From NCBI GenBank assembly GCA_964404805.1, contig CAYOLJ010000003.1, positions 1 to 33,101 on the forward strand: DNA of 33,101 nt. The letters are read 5' to 3'. The stretch comes from an uncultured Candidatus Peribacteria bacterium (GTDB lineage: Bacteria; Patescibacteriota; Gracilibacteria; Peribacterales; Peribacteraceae). The first letter of the stretch is position 1. Each line of letters begins with the position of its first letter. Made by a program: the position numbers and the translations under genes. Positions 1-8,438 of this stretch are shown here, piece by piece. The notes under the pieces are model-generated. The model had not been told where the DNA came from and made no database searches. It saw only the letters and a program-made list of their open reading frames with translations.

Positions 1-1620
1 AGGGGGAACACTGAGCATTGTAGGGTGCTCTTCGTATAACAGTGACGAGAGCAGGGGCCCGATGCGCTCAGGGACAGACTGAATGAATTGACTCCCCCCT
101 TGTCGTTGCTGAATCCATGCAATGCGGTGGTGGAGCAGTTCTGGTGTGAGAATACGATCGAGATCTGCCAGATCGCGCCGCGGAAGCTCCGGCAAGGTGT
201 CGTCTGCGAGGAAGGGCGCGAGGCGTTCACGTAGGGCGTGTGCCTCTGTTGTTTCGAGATCCTGACTGATGAGGTAACGCACATCCTGAAAGGCGCGGAT
301 TCGCTCGATCCAGAGCTGCAATAGGTCCAAGAAATTCGTAAGGTCTTCACGTCCTTCTGCGGCGGCACGTAGGTGATCGAGCACCACTTGCCAGCGCAAT
401 GCCTTCGTAGCTGTATCTTCGAGCATGGAGGCATCAGTGACGATCAATCGCGCGTTGGCAGTGAGGGCTGTATGACCAGGATGCTCCGGATCCGCGAGTA
501 GAGAGAGGAGTTGCTGGTGATCAATGAGGACAACCGAAGGGATATTCGTGAATTGCTGGTGATATGCCTTTGACTGTTGCGTGCAGGCGAGCTTGCCGTA
601 CCACACTGCCCTCTCATCTCCGTGCACAGGAAGATCACGGTGTGCCGTAGGGCGGTACCACCGCACTTTGACGGCTAACGTAGCTTCGTCTGACGTGAAG
701 GCCTGTTGCAGGAGCAGGGCTTCGACAGATTCTGGATCTAAAAGAAGTGGCGCAGGCATGAGCACGCGCGTTTTGCCTTCAGGCAGCGTGAGTCTGCGGA
801 CGCACGCTTCGAGGTTCTTTACGACGATCCATGTGGCTTCCTTTGAGGCCAGCGCTGTATCGACAATGCGTTGCAGCGTTTGGGGAGCGAGAGAATCTTC
901 TATCAGTGTCACGCCGTTTTTTGTAAGAGAGGGCAGATGCACGCGATCGCCTGTCTCCTGCTTTTTGGCGCGAGAGGGACGGGTCCCTGAGAGCAGCCAC
1001 TTCGGGCGTTTGGCGGCGGGCGTTGTCGGCAGCACCTCAGCCAGACGTCGATAGCCTGGCGAAGAGAGAGAGAAGATCTCAAAGAGCGTGCGAAGCTCAT
1101 CGGGTGGGAGTTCCTGCAGACGTTTCCAGCATTTGTCGAAGAGTTCCAGCGTGGCGTGCACGTCCCCGAGAGCGCGGTGCACTGGTTCATGTCGCAACTT
1201 GAGAACCGTGCTCACGTAACCGAGTGAGTAACTCGCCAGCTCAGGGAACACCATCGATGCGAGCATTGATGTGTCGATCCAGGGGTAATCTGTCAGGTCG
1301 ATACCTTCTCCTTTCAGCATGCGAATATCGAAGCCGACATTCTGGCCGACGATGAGGGCATCTTCACCAATCCTCGATCGAATCGTTTCGCGCATCTGCT
1401 CGAATGTGGGTTTTCCTTCGAGCATCTGTGTGGTGATGTGCGTGAGTACCTGCACAGTCGGTGGCACGTTCTCGGGAATCGCAATGAGCGTCTCGAATTC
1501 CTCTACAATCTTTCCTTTCTCTGCGCGTACCGAGGCAAACTCAATTACACGATTTGTCTTAGGTACGAAGCCCGTCGTTTCGGTATCGAGGACGACGAAG
1601 GAAAGCGGAGGCAAGTTCAC
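1..1620 (-). CDS. DEDDh 3'-5' exonuclease fused to a degenerate DinG-like helicase region (partial, runs off the left edge)
   Basis: Not in the ORF track because it has no stop in the window. Manual translation from GTG 1620 gives MNLPPLSFVVLDTETTGFVPKTNRVIEFAS...IVGQNVGFDIRML...HRALGDVHAT (ExoI DxE, ExoII, ExoIII HxAxxD). Later VVLIDHQQLL and LIVTDASMLEDTA resemble DinG motifs. Confidence 0.85.
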   Translation of the reverse strand, partial: MNLPPLSFVVLDTETTGFVPKTNRVIEFASVRAEKGKIVEEFETLIAIPENVPPTVQVLTHITTQMLEGKPTFEQMRETIRSRIGEDALIVGQNVGFDIRMLKGEGIDLTDYPWIDTSMLASMVFPELASYSLGYVSTVLKLRHEPVHRALGDVHATLELFDKCWKRLQELPPDELRTLFEIFSLSSPGYRRLAEVLPTTPAAKRPKWLLSGTRPSRAKKQETGDRVHLPSLTKNGVTLIEDSLAPQTLQRIVDTALASKEATWIVVKNLEACVRRLTLPEGKTRVLMPAPLLLDPESVEALLLQQAFTSDEATLAVKVRWYRPTAHRDLPVHGDERAVWYGKLACTQQSKAYHQQFTNIPSVVLIDHQQLLSLLADPEHPGHTALTANARLIVTDASMLEDTATKALRWQVVLDHLRAAAEGREDLTNFLDLLQLWIERIRAFQDVRYLISQDLETTEAHALRERLAPFLADDTLPELPRRDLADLDRILTPELLHHRIAWIQQRQGGSQFIQSVPERIGPLLSSLLYEEHPTMLSVPP

Positions 1621-1659
1621 ATCCCGATACTAGAGCGGGGAGCGGTTCGCTGCCAGCAA

Positions 1660-2871
1660 TCAGCTCTCTATGATTTCTGGCTCGGTAGATTTCTCAGGCT
1701 GAGTCTCTTCCGCAGGTGCTTCCGCGGGAGAGTCCTCTGTGGAAACGGCTTCTGCGTGAGCAATGTCGCCTTCTCTGAGCTCTGACAACTTGGCCTTAAA
1801 GGCCGCCAGCTCCTCGTAGTTGTACATGTCGAGTTCGAATCCGGTGAGCTCGGTAGCGAGGCGAATGTTCTGCCCCTTCTTGCCGATAGCCATGGGACGC
1901 TGAGCCTCCTCCACGAACACAGCGGCACGCTTTTTGATGCGGCGGTCCTGATCATCGAGGCGCTCCTGATTGTTCACAATAATGACAGCGGAGATCGAGG
2001 CTGGTTGCAGGGAGGTCGAGATGAGCCGAATGGGATCTTCACTCCACTCGATCATATCCACGCGTTCGCCATTGATCTCTTCCATCACTGCCTGAATGCG
2101 CACACCTTTCTGGCCCACGCAGGCGCCGATGGGATCGATGCGAGGATCATTGCTCGCCACAGCAACTTTGCTTCGGAAACCCGCGTCACGTGCAATCGCC
2201 TTGATCGTGACATCGCCGTTGCGGACTTCGGGGATCTCGAGTTCGAGGAGCTTTTGTACGAGTCCGGAGTGCGTGCGCGAGATCTTGAGCTGCGGCCCTT
2301 TACCGGTGAGTTCCACTTTATCCAGGTACACACGAATGCGCTTACCGGTGTAGTAGTGCTCACCAGGAATCTGTTCTCTCCAGGGGAGGCTCACTGTCAT
2401 ACCTTCAATTTCTAACGTGACCCAGTTGGGTTCCACTTTTGTCACCGTGGCAGTCAGGAGCTCGTTCTCACGATCCTTAAACATCTCGTACAGACTCTGC
2501 TTCTCGGCTTCCTGCAGCTTTTGCAGAATCACTTGCTTGGCTGCTTGCGCGGCAATGCGTCCGTAGCCCACGGGCGTCACATCAATCGAGATTTCGTCAC
2601 CCACTTCGGCATCCGGCTTCACTTTGCGAGCGTCCTTCAGACTGATTTCAAAGTTGTCATTCTCCACATCCTCCACCACCTCTTTCACCAGCAGAATCGT
2701 TGGCATATCTTTGCCCTCTTCTAAATCCACGCGGATTTCCTGCTCCTTATTACCGAAGTCCTTGCGATAGGCAGTGACAATGGCCTGTCTCACGGCTTCG
2801 AGAACCTGATCAGGCTTTACGCTCTTTTCGGCACAGATCTGGTTAATGGCGGCGATGAACGATGCACGCAT
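1660..2871 (-). CDS. nusA: Transcription termination/antitermination factor NusA
   Basis: GYGRIAAQAAKQVILQK, S1 domain, ARDAGFRSKVAV, IDPIGACVGQKGVRIQAV, AIGKKGQNIRLA (KH1/KH2). Confidence 0.98.
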   Translation of the reverse strand: MRASFIAAINQICAEKSVKPDQVLEAVRQAIVTAYRKDFGNKEQEIRVDLEEGKDMPTILLVKEVVEDVENDNFEISLKDARKVKPDAEVGDEISIDVTPVGYGRIAAQAAKQVILQKLQEAEKQSLYEMFKDRENELLTATVTKVEPNWVTLEIEGMTVSLPWREQIPGEHYYTGKRIRVYLDKVELTGKGPQLKISRTHSGLVQKLLELEIPEVRNGDVTIKAIARDAGFRSKVAVASNDPRIDPIGACVGQKGVRIQAVMEEINGERVDMIEWSEDPIRLISTSLQPASISAVIIVNNQERLDDQDRRIKKRAAVFVEEAQRPMAIGKKGQNIRLATELTGFELDMYNYEELAAFKAKLSELREGDIAHAEAVSTEDSPAEAPAEETQPEKSTEPEIIES

Positions 2872-2932
2872 GGACTAGAGGGGAAGCGGAGGATGAAGAG
2901 AGAGGAGAGAAAGAGGAACTTGACGCCGCAGC

Positions 2933-2956
2933 GTCACCCTGAGCGTTGCCGAAGGG
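2933..2956 (+). repeat. REP-like element, copy 1
   Basis: GTCACCCTGAGCGTTGCCGAAGGG matches the minus strand of 17939-17963 (GTCACCCTGAGCGAAGCCGAACGGG) with 2 mismatches and 1 indel. Confidence 0.7.
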
Positions 2957-3011
2957 CACCGTTCCGATGCTACGGAACAGTGTGAACTACTTCTTAAAAA
3001 ACTCTAAGTCC

Positions 3012-3040
3012 ATTCTATTGGTGTTTGGGGCTTGGCGCAA
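3012..3040 (-). promoter_or_regulatory. Putative sigma70 promoter of nusA
   Basis: Minus strand TTGCGC (3040-3035), 17-bp spacer, TAGAAT (3017-3012). Confidence 0.5.
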
Positions 3041-3162
3041 GCAAAAGGTCATTCTCCTTTGCGTTACATCAAAGAGGGAGAATCGTTCTATTCCTCAGTT
3101 AGGATACCTGTCAATCGCCAGCGATTTCTCTCGCTTGGTAGGTTCTTTGCTACCATAACGAC

Positions 3163-3594
3163 ATGAGAATACTGCTGGTGACCGTATTGCTTAGTGGGGC
3201 GTTGAGTCTTGTGAGTGCCATACTGGCCGATACACTCCTCGCGCATCGTATTGCGATCGTCGGCTCGTTTGCCGGCTTGGAGTATTCGCTCAATCCGGGA
3301 GTGGCATTCGGGGTCGCCTTTGCGCCCATCCTGCAGATGTCGCTGATTGCTGCAGCCCTCGTGGCTGTTGTATGGATGTCATGCAAGGCGCGCAAGACGG
3401 CAGAACGGCTTGCGTACGGGCTCATCCTTGGTGGGGGGCTGGCGAACATCATTGATCGTCTGCGCGATGGCCTCGTCACCGATTACTTTCAGATTGGTTC
3501 CTTTCCCCTGTTCAATGTGGCGGATAGCTGTATCACGATTGGGGTCCTGATGTTGTTTATGGAGATGCTGGTCTGGCGGAGACGTAAGCTGTAA
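3163..3594 (+). CDS. lspA: Lipoprotein signal peptidase II
   Basis: NPGVAFG, GGGLANIIDR, VTDYF and FNVADSCITIG motifs; hydrophobic segments. Confidence 0.95.
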   Translation: MRILLVTVLLSGALSLVSAILADTLLAHRIAIVGSFAGLEYSLNPGVAFGVAFAPILQMSLIAAALVAVVWMSCKARKTAERLAYGLILGGGLANIIDRLRDGLVTDYFQIGSFPLFNVADSCITIGVLMLFMEMLVWRRRKL

Positions 3595-3651
3595 GACATA
3601 AGCCCTAAGCGCGCTGCTTACAGCTTTATAGCTTAAAGCTTATAGCTTTTT
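3585..3651. repeat. Inverted heptamer arrays (TAAGNNN / GCTTANA)
   Basis: TAAGCTG TAAGACA TAAGCCC TAAGCGC, then GCTTACA GCTTTATA GCTTAAA GCTTATA. AAGCTGTAAG (3586-3595) is the exact reverse complement of 3617-3626. Confidence 0.8.
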
Positions 3652-3705
3652 AACTCTTCCAATCGCTACCACCGGCCACCCCTTCACGCTAAAATGCACC
3701 CCTCT

Positions 3706-5043
3706 ATGGATATCCGCTACCGCGTACGCGGTGGGCTTCCCCTCCGTGGCGATGTCACCATCAGCGGCTCGAAAAATGCTGCGCTCCCGCTCATTGCGGC
3801 ATCAGTGCTCGCCAGTGGCGAGACTGTGCTCCACAACGTTCCCCGGTTGCGCGATATCACCGTCATGCTTCGGATTTTGGAATTCCTTGGAGCCGAGACA
3901 TCGTTTCAGGGCAGTACCGTTCGCATTCGTACACACAAACTCCAGAACCGACTAATCCCCAGTGAGCTCGTGAACAGACTGCGCGGTTCGATCGTGCTTT
4001 TGGGCCCGCTCCTCGCACGCTTTGGAGAAGTTTCGATGGCATATCCAGGAGGGTGCGTGCTCGGTAAGCGGCCGGTACATGCGCACATTGCGGCCCTTGA
4101 ACAACTGGGAGCGAAGGACCGCAGTACGGATGAAATCCTCCATCTCGAAGGAGCACTGAAGCCCGGGCGTGTGATTCTGCCCGAGTTCTCGGTGACAGCT
4201 ACTGAGAACGCTGTCATGGCTGCCGCTCTCGTTCCGGGAGAGGTGCAGATCGATCTCGCTGCTGCAGAACCGCATGTGCAGGAGGTAGAGAAGCTCGTCG
4301 CTGCGATGGGGGCGCAGGTGGAAGGCATTGGCACACATACGGTGTCGATACAGGGCAAAAAGACGCTGCAACCGCAGACACATACCGTCATCTCTGATTA
4401 TCTTGAGGCAGGCGCGTTCATTATTGCCGCTCTCGTGACCAAGGGCAAAGTGCGTCTGCACGAAGTGGATAGTGAACATTTGGTTTCGTTCCTGAGCGCC
4501 CTCAGGCGCATGGGGGCCGTTGTAAAAACAGAAAGAGATGTTTTATTTGTGGATGGTGAGCTCTCGATGCTCAAAGCACTCGAAATACGTACGAACATCT
4601 TCCCAGGGTTCCCCACCGATCTGCAGGCGACGATGGGGGTCGCGATGACGCAGGCCCACGGAGTGAGTCGAATCTTTGAGAGACTCTTCGAGGGACGTAT
4701 GGCGTACTTGTATGAGCTCGAAAAGATGGGGGCTCACATCGAGATTCTCAATGCGCACGAAGCACTTGTCATTGGTCCTACAGAACTCAAAGGCCGCATC
4801 GTTTCCAGTAACGACATCCGTGCCGGGGCAGCCATGGTTCTGGCAGGCCTCTGTGCCAGTGGAGATACCACCATCACCGATGTTCGTTACATCGAGCGTG
4901 GCTACGATCGCTTCGATGAAAAACTCAGAAACCTGGGGGCGAATATCGACAAAATTGTCACGGAGGAGCGCAGTGAGCAGGATGATGAGGCTGATACTCC
5001 TCTGCCATCCAGCTCTTCGACTCCATTGACGATGAAGCGATAA
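3706..5043 (+). CDS. murA: UDP-N-acetylglucosamine 1-carboxyvinyltransferase
   Basis: SGSKNAALP, PGGCVLGKRPV (catalytic Cys), SVTATEN, FPGFPTDLQ, DIRAGAAMV, IERGY. Start moved to ATG 3706 (TAAAAT at 3690-3695). Confidence 0.97.
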   Translation: MDIRYRVRGGLPLRGDVTISGSKNAALPLIAASVLASGETVLHNVPRLRDITVMLRILEFLGAETSFQGSTVRIRTHKLQNRLIPSELVNRLRGSIVLLGPLLARFGEVSMAYPGGCVLGKRPVHAHIAALEQLGAKDRSTDEILHLEGALKPGRVILPEFSVTATENAVMAAALVPGEVQIDLAAAEPHVQEVEKLVAAMGAQVEGIGTHTVSIQGKKTLQPQTHTVISDYLEAGAFIIAALVTKGKVRLHEVDSEHLVSFLSALRRMGAVVKTERDVLFVDGELSMLKALEIRTNIFPGFPTDLQATMGVAMTQAHGVSRIFERLFEGRMAYLYELEKMGAHIEILNAHEALVIGPTELKGRIVSSNDIRAGAAMVLAGLCASGDTTITDVRYIERGYDRFDEKLRNLGANIDKIVTEERSEQDDEADTPLPSSSSTPLTMKR

Positions 5044-5130
5044 GCTGAGTGTGGAGTGGTAATTTTTTGCAAAAGATTGCACTCTCTATCTTTGCGTCCT
5101 GCGTTCCTTCCCCTATCATACCTTCGCTCT

Positions 5131-5676
5131 ATGGCAACGATTTCTTCTCTTGACGGCCTCACTCTGCAGTGTACATTCGGCAAAACGGATTTCACCATTT
5201 TCCCAGCCGCACAGGCCAAGCCAGGGCCCGAAGGCACAATGACGATCTTCTCGCATCCCGACGAAAATCCTCCCGAGCGCACGATCAGCTGGCCGGGCGA
5301 GTACGACTTTGACAGCATCTTCATCCGCGGCCTCGGTCACAAGGAGGGCGGACAGGTTTCGTACATTATCAATGCCGATGATGCGCGGTGCCTCTTTCTC
5401 TCGTCACCCCTTCACGATCTCAACGATGCGGAGCTCGAAATTGTCGGTGATATCGATGTTCTCATTCTGCCGGTGGATGACGTGAAAATCGTGCAACACC
5501 TCATTGATGTCGTAGATCCGCGTGTGCTTATTCCTCTCGAAGCGAAAGACGGCAAGGCATTCCAGGAGGTGCTCAAGATCTGCGGTGCTGTGGGCAAAGA
5601 GGTTGTGGATGAGTACAAGGTCAAATCTCTCCCCGCAGAGGGCAGAGAAGTCGTGCTGCTAAAGGCGAAGAAGTAG
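5131..5676 (+). CDS. Metallo-beta-lactamase-fold protein, degenerate metal site
   Basis: WPGEYD...IFIRG, ELEIVGDIDVLILPV and DPRVLIP resemble the small MBL-fold family, but HxHxDH is absent. Start at ATG 5131. Confidence 0.6.
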   Translation: MATISSLDGLTLQCTFGKTDFTIFPAAQAKPGPEGTMTIFSHPDENPPERTISWPGEYDFDSIFIRGLGHKEGGQVSYIINADDARCLFLSSPLHDLNDAELEIVGDIDVLILPVDDVKIVQHLIDVVDPRVLIPLEAKDGKAFQEVLKICGAVGKEVVDEYKVKSLPAEGREVVLLKAKK

Positions 5677-5707
5677 GGTTTAGGGTTAGTGTTAGGACTA
5701 GGGGGGA
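5674..5707 (+). repeat. TAGGGTT-like short tandem array
   Basis: TAGGGTT TAGGGTT AGTGTT AGGACT AGGGGGG, starting at the stop codon. Confidence 0.6.
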
Positions 5708-5754
5708 GGAAACGGTTCTCGTATTTTGTGTGCAGCACAGTACAATGGCAGCAC

Positions 5755-5829
5755 GGTCCCATAGTTCAATGGATAGAACAACCCTCTCCTAAGGGGTAAA
5801 TGTAGGTTCGATTCCTACTGGGATCACCA
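5755..5829 (+). tRNA. tRNA-Arg (anticodon CCT)
   Basis: GGTCCCA/TGGGATC acceptor stem, GTTC/GAAC D-arm, ACCCT-CTCCTAA-GGGGT anticodon arm, GTAGG-TTCGATT-CCTAC T-arm, encoded CCA. TACAAT -10 at 5741-5746. Confidence 0.97.
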
Positions 5830-5832
5830 GAA

Positions 5833-6675
5833 TTATCCATTTAGCGCGCTCTTCAATTCTCCTCGCATCTTCTCCGCCGCCTTCTGCGCGGCCTCCTTCC
5901 AGTCCTTGCCCTTCGAGGCAAAGATGATGGAGCGCGACGCATTCACGATCGCTCCCTTACCATTCACAAATCCACGCGCCACATCGGCTGCCGTGCCTCC
6001 CTGTGCGCCGTAGCCTGGGATGAGTAGGATGTTGTGTGCGAGCAGTGTGCGCAGGTACTTAAGTTCTTCGGGGTAAGTGGCGCCCACCACGGCCCCTACG
6101 CAGGAGTAGCCGGATTCCTTACCTAGATGATCGAGCCCCCAACTCTCGACGAGCTGTGCCATGTGTTCGTGCACCGTTTCATCCCCTGTGGGCAGATCCT
6201 GCAGTTCGATGGAACTGGGATTAGAGGTCTTCACGAGCACGAAGATGCCTTTGTCATTCTTGGTACAGCGCTCGATGAAAGGCTTGATACCGTCGGAGCC
6301 TAAGTAGGGCGAGACGGTGAGCGCATCAATAGGCGAATCTTTCGTGAGGTAGGCATCCGCATAGGCTTCGCAGGTGGAACCGATATCATTGCGTTTGCCG
6401 TCGGCGATCACGAGCAGCCCCTGCAGTTTTGCATAGGCGCAGGTTTCATAGAAGGCGCGCATCCCCTCCCAGCCCAATACTTCGTAGTAGGCCATCTGCG
6501 GCTTCACGCAGCAGGCAACATCTTTCACGGCATCGATGATTCCGGTACCGAAAGTGATCAATCCCTTGGCGTCCTTCGCAATGCCTTCGGGGAGTTTGCT
6601 GAGATTGGGATCGAGCCCCACGCAGACGGGGGATTTTTGTAGAGTGGCAGAGGTGAGAGCGTCGGCGAAGTGCAT
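5833..6675 (-). CDS. pyrF: Orotidine-5'-phosphate decarboxylase (subfamily 2)
   Basis: VCVGLDP, KPQMAYYE, DGKRNDIGST (DxKxxD), VKTSNP, GAVVGAT, PGYGAQGG, NASRSII. Confidence 0.97.
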   Translation of the reverse strand: MHFADALTSATLQKSPVCVGLDPNLSKLPEGIAKDAKGLITFGTGIIDAVKDVACCVKPQMAYYEVLGWEGMRAFYETCAYAKLQGLLVIADGKRNDIGSTCEAYADAYLTKDSPIDALTVSPYLGSDGIKPFIERCTKNDKGIFVLVKTSNPSSIELQDLPTGDETVHEHMAQLVESWGLDHLGKESGYSCVGAVVGATYPEELKYLRTLLAHNILLIPGYGAQGGTAADVARGFVNGKGAIVNASRSIIFASKGKDWKEAAQKAAEKMRGELKSALNG

Positions 6676-6689
6676 GGTTACTACGATAC

Positions 6690-6830
6690 AGGGGGTAGGG
6701 CGTAGGGGGTAGGGCGTAGGGTTCCTTTTTGCATGTGCGCATGCATAAGTCCTGAAAGCAATTTCCCCTCTTCTAGTACGAGTGAGATCAAGGAGGGCCT
6801 TATTGCCCTACGCCCTTTTCCTAGGCCCTA
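6690..6830. repeat. Inverted TAGGGCG/TAGGGGG heptamer arrays
   Basis: (AGGGGGTAGGGCGT)x2 + AGGG at 6690-6721; complementary CCCTACGCCCT at 6806-6816. Confidence 0.75.
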
Positions 6831-8327
6831 GTCTTCAATGCTCTGCCGATACTGTAATGCTTCTGCCACGTGCACGATCTCGATATCCTGTGTACCCGCC
6901 AGATCTGCAATCGTGCGAGCGACCTTGATGGCGCGGTGGTAGCCGCGCGCAGAGAGACCCATTCGATCTACGGCCTGCGAAAGTAATGTGTGTGCGTCTT
7001 CTTTGAGGGGGCAGAGTGCATCGATTTCCTTCACGCCCATTTCTTTATTCGTGCGAATGTGAAGATCACAAAAGCGCTGTGCCTGCTGTGTACGCGCTTT
7101 GATCACACGCTTGAGAACGGCTGCCGTTGTGTCGCCATTTACCTTGGCCGGACGTTGAAACTCTTCGATCGGAACAGGCTGCACGTTCACGGTGAGATCG
7201 ATGCGGTCCAAGAGCGGAGCCGAGATGCGTCGATGAATGCGTTCCTTGCTCCCTGAGGTGAAGCGCGAAGGATTCATGGCAGCGATCATGGTGAAATCTG
7301 CCGGAAAGGTCACCGAGCCTTGTGCCCGCGTAATGGTGATACGACGATCCTCAAGTGGCTGCCGCAACACTTCGAGTACCTGTGCGGGGAATTCTGCGAG
7401 CTCGTCTAAGAAGAGCACGCCACGATGGGCGAGGCTGATTTCACCGGGCCCGGGAATCTGTCCGCCGCCCACGATACTCACGCCGCTTGCCGTGTGATGT
7501 ACCACACGGAACGGGCGCTGCGTGATAAGGGGAACTTCGGGCGGGAGCAGATTGGCGACGGAGTAGATCTGCGTGACCTCGATGGATTCCTCCTGCGACA
7601 GGGGCGGCAAAATGCCGCGAAATGCCCGTGCCAGCAGAGTCTTGCCTGCGCCAGGTGCCCCGCTCATGAGCACGTTGTGGCCGCCTGCCGCGGCGATCTC
7701 TAGTGCGCGCTTGGCATGTTCCTGCCCACGAACATCTGCAAAATCCACCAGTTCGGGATCATGTATTGTGGTACTGCACGCCGGCGCCAAGATGGAAGCA
7801 GGGGCACGTTCCCCTTTGAGAATATCAATTACTTCACTGATGTGGTCTGCAGCAATCACATCGATGCCGGGAATCAGTGCCGCTTCTGATCCGTTCACAG
7901 CGGGCACAACAAGGCGTGTGATTCCTAATTTGCGGCAGGCGATGGCTGCAGGCAGTACGCCGGTGATGTGTCGCAGGCTGCCGTCGAGTGCGAGCTCGCC
8001 CAAGAATGCCGTGGTGGCGAGGATATCTTCCGGCAGGGTGAGTGATCCGTTGACGATGAGAATGCCCAGCGCCATGGCAAGGTCGTAGCGTGGGCCTGCC
8101 TTGCGGAGGTCTGCGGGGGCGAGGTTGATGGTAATTGTGAGTCCGGTCGAAAATCGGTACCCCTCCGCACGCAAAGCGTGCCTGACACGTTGCTTACTTT
8201 CCTGCACAGCCGTGTCGCCCAGTCCAACGATGAAGATCTTGCCCTCGCCAGGGATGGAGCCGACCTCGACCGTGATGCGCGCACTCTCAAGGCCGATGGT
8301 GGCAAACGAGTTCAGTTTTGTGAGCAT
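6828..8327 (-). CDS. comM: YifB/ComM Mg-chelatase-like AAA+ ATPase
   Basis: IVGLGDTAVQESKQRV, INLAPADLRKAG, GELALDG, DVRGQEHAKRALEIAAAGGHN, GAPGAGKT, PGEISLAHRGVLFLDE, LSARGYHRAIKVARTIADL. Confidence 0.95.
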   Translation of the reverse strand: MLTKLNSFATIGLESARITVEVGSIPGEGKIFIVGLGDTAVQESKQRVRHALRAEGYRFSTGLTITINLAPADLRKAGPRYDLAMALGILIVNGSLTLPEDILATTAFLGELALDGSLRHITGVLPAAIACRKLGITRLVVPAVNGSEAALIPGIDVIAADHISEVIDILKGERAPASILAPACSTTIHDPELVDFADVRGQEHAKRALEIAAAGGHNVLMSGAPGAGKTLLARAFRGILPPLSQEESIEVTQIYSVANLLPPEVPLITQRPFRVVHHTASGVSIVGGGQIPGPGEISLAHRGVLFLDELAEFPAQVLEVLRQPLEDRRITITRAQGSVTFPADFTMIAAMNPSRFTSGSKERIHRRISAPLLDRIDLTVNVQPVPIEEFQRPAKVNGDTTAAVLKRVIKARTQQAQRFCDLHIRTNKEMGVKEIDALCPLKEDAHTLLSQAVDRMGLSARGYHRAIKVARTIADLAGTQDIEIVHVAEALQYRQSIED

Positions 8328-8438
8328 AGAGAGAGGAAAATCATGAAGGGTGTACTATAGTCCACCTACCGTGTCGAGTGGAAAAGCTGGACGATCGTAC
8401 ACCTTCTTCGTACAGTGGTATCTTGCTCCATCGATGCC

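Noticed and set aside
1660-1662. Alternative genetic code 25 (TGA=Gly)
   Set aside because: Conserved genes are full length under code 11 with no internal TGA, and TGA ends nusA, yraN, dedA and uppP at the expected positions.
444-1785. Short ORFs listed in the track at the left end
   Set aside because: They overlap the real minus-strand exonuclease frame (1-1620), which the track omitted because it has no stop in the window.
5674-5707. Telomere-like TTTAGGG repeat
   Set aside because: Only two good units, internal to the sequence, and explained as one of the local heptamer arrays.
5755-5829. tRNA as an island integration site
   Set aside because: I saw no duplicate of the tRNA 3' end and no integrase in the window; the flanks are housekeeping genes.
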